Assembly: GCA_000002445.1 (NCBI GenBank)
Contig: CP000068.1
Span: 544,001 to 608,000, forward strand
Source of the DNA: Trypanosoma brucei
Lineage: Eukaryota
Reading direction: 5' to 3'
DNA length: 64,000 nucleotides
Shown here: positions 63,110 through 64,000 of the stretch, in pieces
How the letters are laid out: every line of letters starts with the position of its first letter
Position numbering within the stretch: the first letter of the stretch is position 1
The notes under the pieces: generated by a model
What the model saw: the letters and a program-made list of their open reading frames with translations, nothing else
Told to the model about the DNA's origin: nothing
Databases searched by the model: none
Program-made: the position numbers and the translations under genes

Positions 63110-63843
63110 TATGTGTGTGTTGCCATGCACACAATACGTAGTGCAACGATATGGTTTATTTTTCCGAAATTACTGTGGCATTCAATTTTTTGGACGTATC
63201 GCTTACACTACGAGATGGCTCTTTGCAGATGTGCAAAGTTACGTCTTTTTCCTCCTTTACACAATATGTCGCTGTCGCTCCGTTTTCCTGAAGTAATAAT
63301 AATAACGATTACAACTTACAACTTGGACGGCAATGGTTGTACATTTCTGGAATTTGCCAGCGCGCAAACGGGTTTGCACAGGAATAGTACGTTGTGTAAA
63401 GAAAAGAGGAAAAAGATTGTCCTTCGCGGTTACGAAGTGTGTACAACTTGGGTGGGAGAAAATGCATATGTGTGCTTGTTAGTTTCTTTGTTTGCTTGCA
63501 TATATAAGTACATATCCTGTGTCTCCCTTTTTTTTCTTTTTTTTTTGTGTGTGTGTGTGCATGCGTCGTGGTTTCCAAGGTGAACAACGAAACAACAACA
63601 GCAACAATTTTGTAGAACGCGTTAAATCTCAGTAGCGACACAACCACGCATTGGTGAAGAAGGAACCGAAGGAAAAGGAGCTTGAACTAAAAAAGTAATA
63701 CGGTGGAAACAAAAAATACCTAAAGAGAGGCAATTGAGGAATATATAGGTGGATTCTTCCCTCCTTGCCTTTGTTATATTTGTTACTCGGTTTTGCACCC
63801 TCAAAACAAACAAAGACAAAAAGACAAAAAACAAATTTTTGAA

Positions 63844-64000
63844 ATGGAGTCATATCCCAACAGCCCAGACTCGAGTCCGTGCGAGGAACATGCGGCAGTG
63901 GTTCATGACCACCAACAATACCACGACATAATTGATGACATTCCCGTGGTGGAATCTTATGATTGCTCCCGCAGCTTCACAGTAACGGAATACAACCCCG
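63844..64000 (+). CDS. 5' end of a gene running off the window (MESYPNSPDSSPCEEHAAVVHDHQQYHD...).
   Basis: ATG at 63844 after the polypyrimidine tract at 63760-63840. The frame is open to the window end. Confidence 0.35.
   Translation, partial: MESYPNSPDSSPCEEHAAVVHDHQQYHDIIDDIPVVESYDCSRSFTVTEYNP

Noticed and set aside
1-64000. A search for CRISPR arrays, prokaryotic operons, -10/-35 promoters, RBSs, rho-independent terminators, IS elements and defence islands.
   Set aside because: The sequence is eukaryotic (kinetoplastid). It has no direct-repeat/spacer arrays, no transposase or integrase ORFs, and no bacterial gene-organisation signals. The only repeats are microsatellites, the coding tandem array and the p67 segmental duplication.

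Overview
This window is eukaryotic, not prokaryotic. It reads as a trypanosomatid (Trypanosoma brucei-like) nuclear chromosome segment. All of the roughly 24 credible protein-coding genes lie head-to-tail on the + strand, which fits a kinetoplastid polycistronic transcription unit. I see no introns. Intergenic regions carry long polypyrimidine tracts of the kind that serve as trans-splicing and polyadenylation signals, plus abundant (TA)n, (GT)n and (CA)n microsatellites. Every minus-strand ORF in the track is a shadow ORF. Because the ORF track uses TTG and GTG starts, I re-anchored the affected genes to the first in-frame ATG.

Genes I can recognise:
- a tandem pair of p67 lysosomal type-I membrane glycoprotein genes, separated by a 60S acidic ribosomal protein P2 gene;
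- an ICME-like alpha/beta-hydrolase;
- an RluA-family pseudouridine synthase;
- a PPR-like protein;
- a 2,625-aa protein built around 30 near-perfect tandem 35-aa (105-bp) repeats;
- a katanin/spastin/fidgetin-clade AAA ATPase;
- a signal peptidase complex subunit 3 homologue;
- a protein with a C-terminal dsRBD;
- two coiled-coil proteins;
- a pair of small paralogous proteins about 38 kb apart.

There is no CRISPR array, operon structure, phage or defence island here, and prokaryotic promoter/RBS logic does not apply.

The most notable observations are:
1. The two p67 copies are more than 99% identical across about 2.8 kb, including their 3' flanks. The exception is a roughly 120-bp AT-rich patch that gives copy 2 a completely different transmembrane helix while keeping the dileucine-containing cytoplasmic tail.
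2. The 3.15-kb repeat array is built from two repeat haplotypes plus recombinant forms.
3. The small paralogous gene pair has no assigned function.
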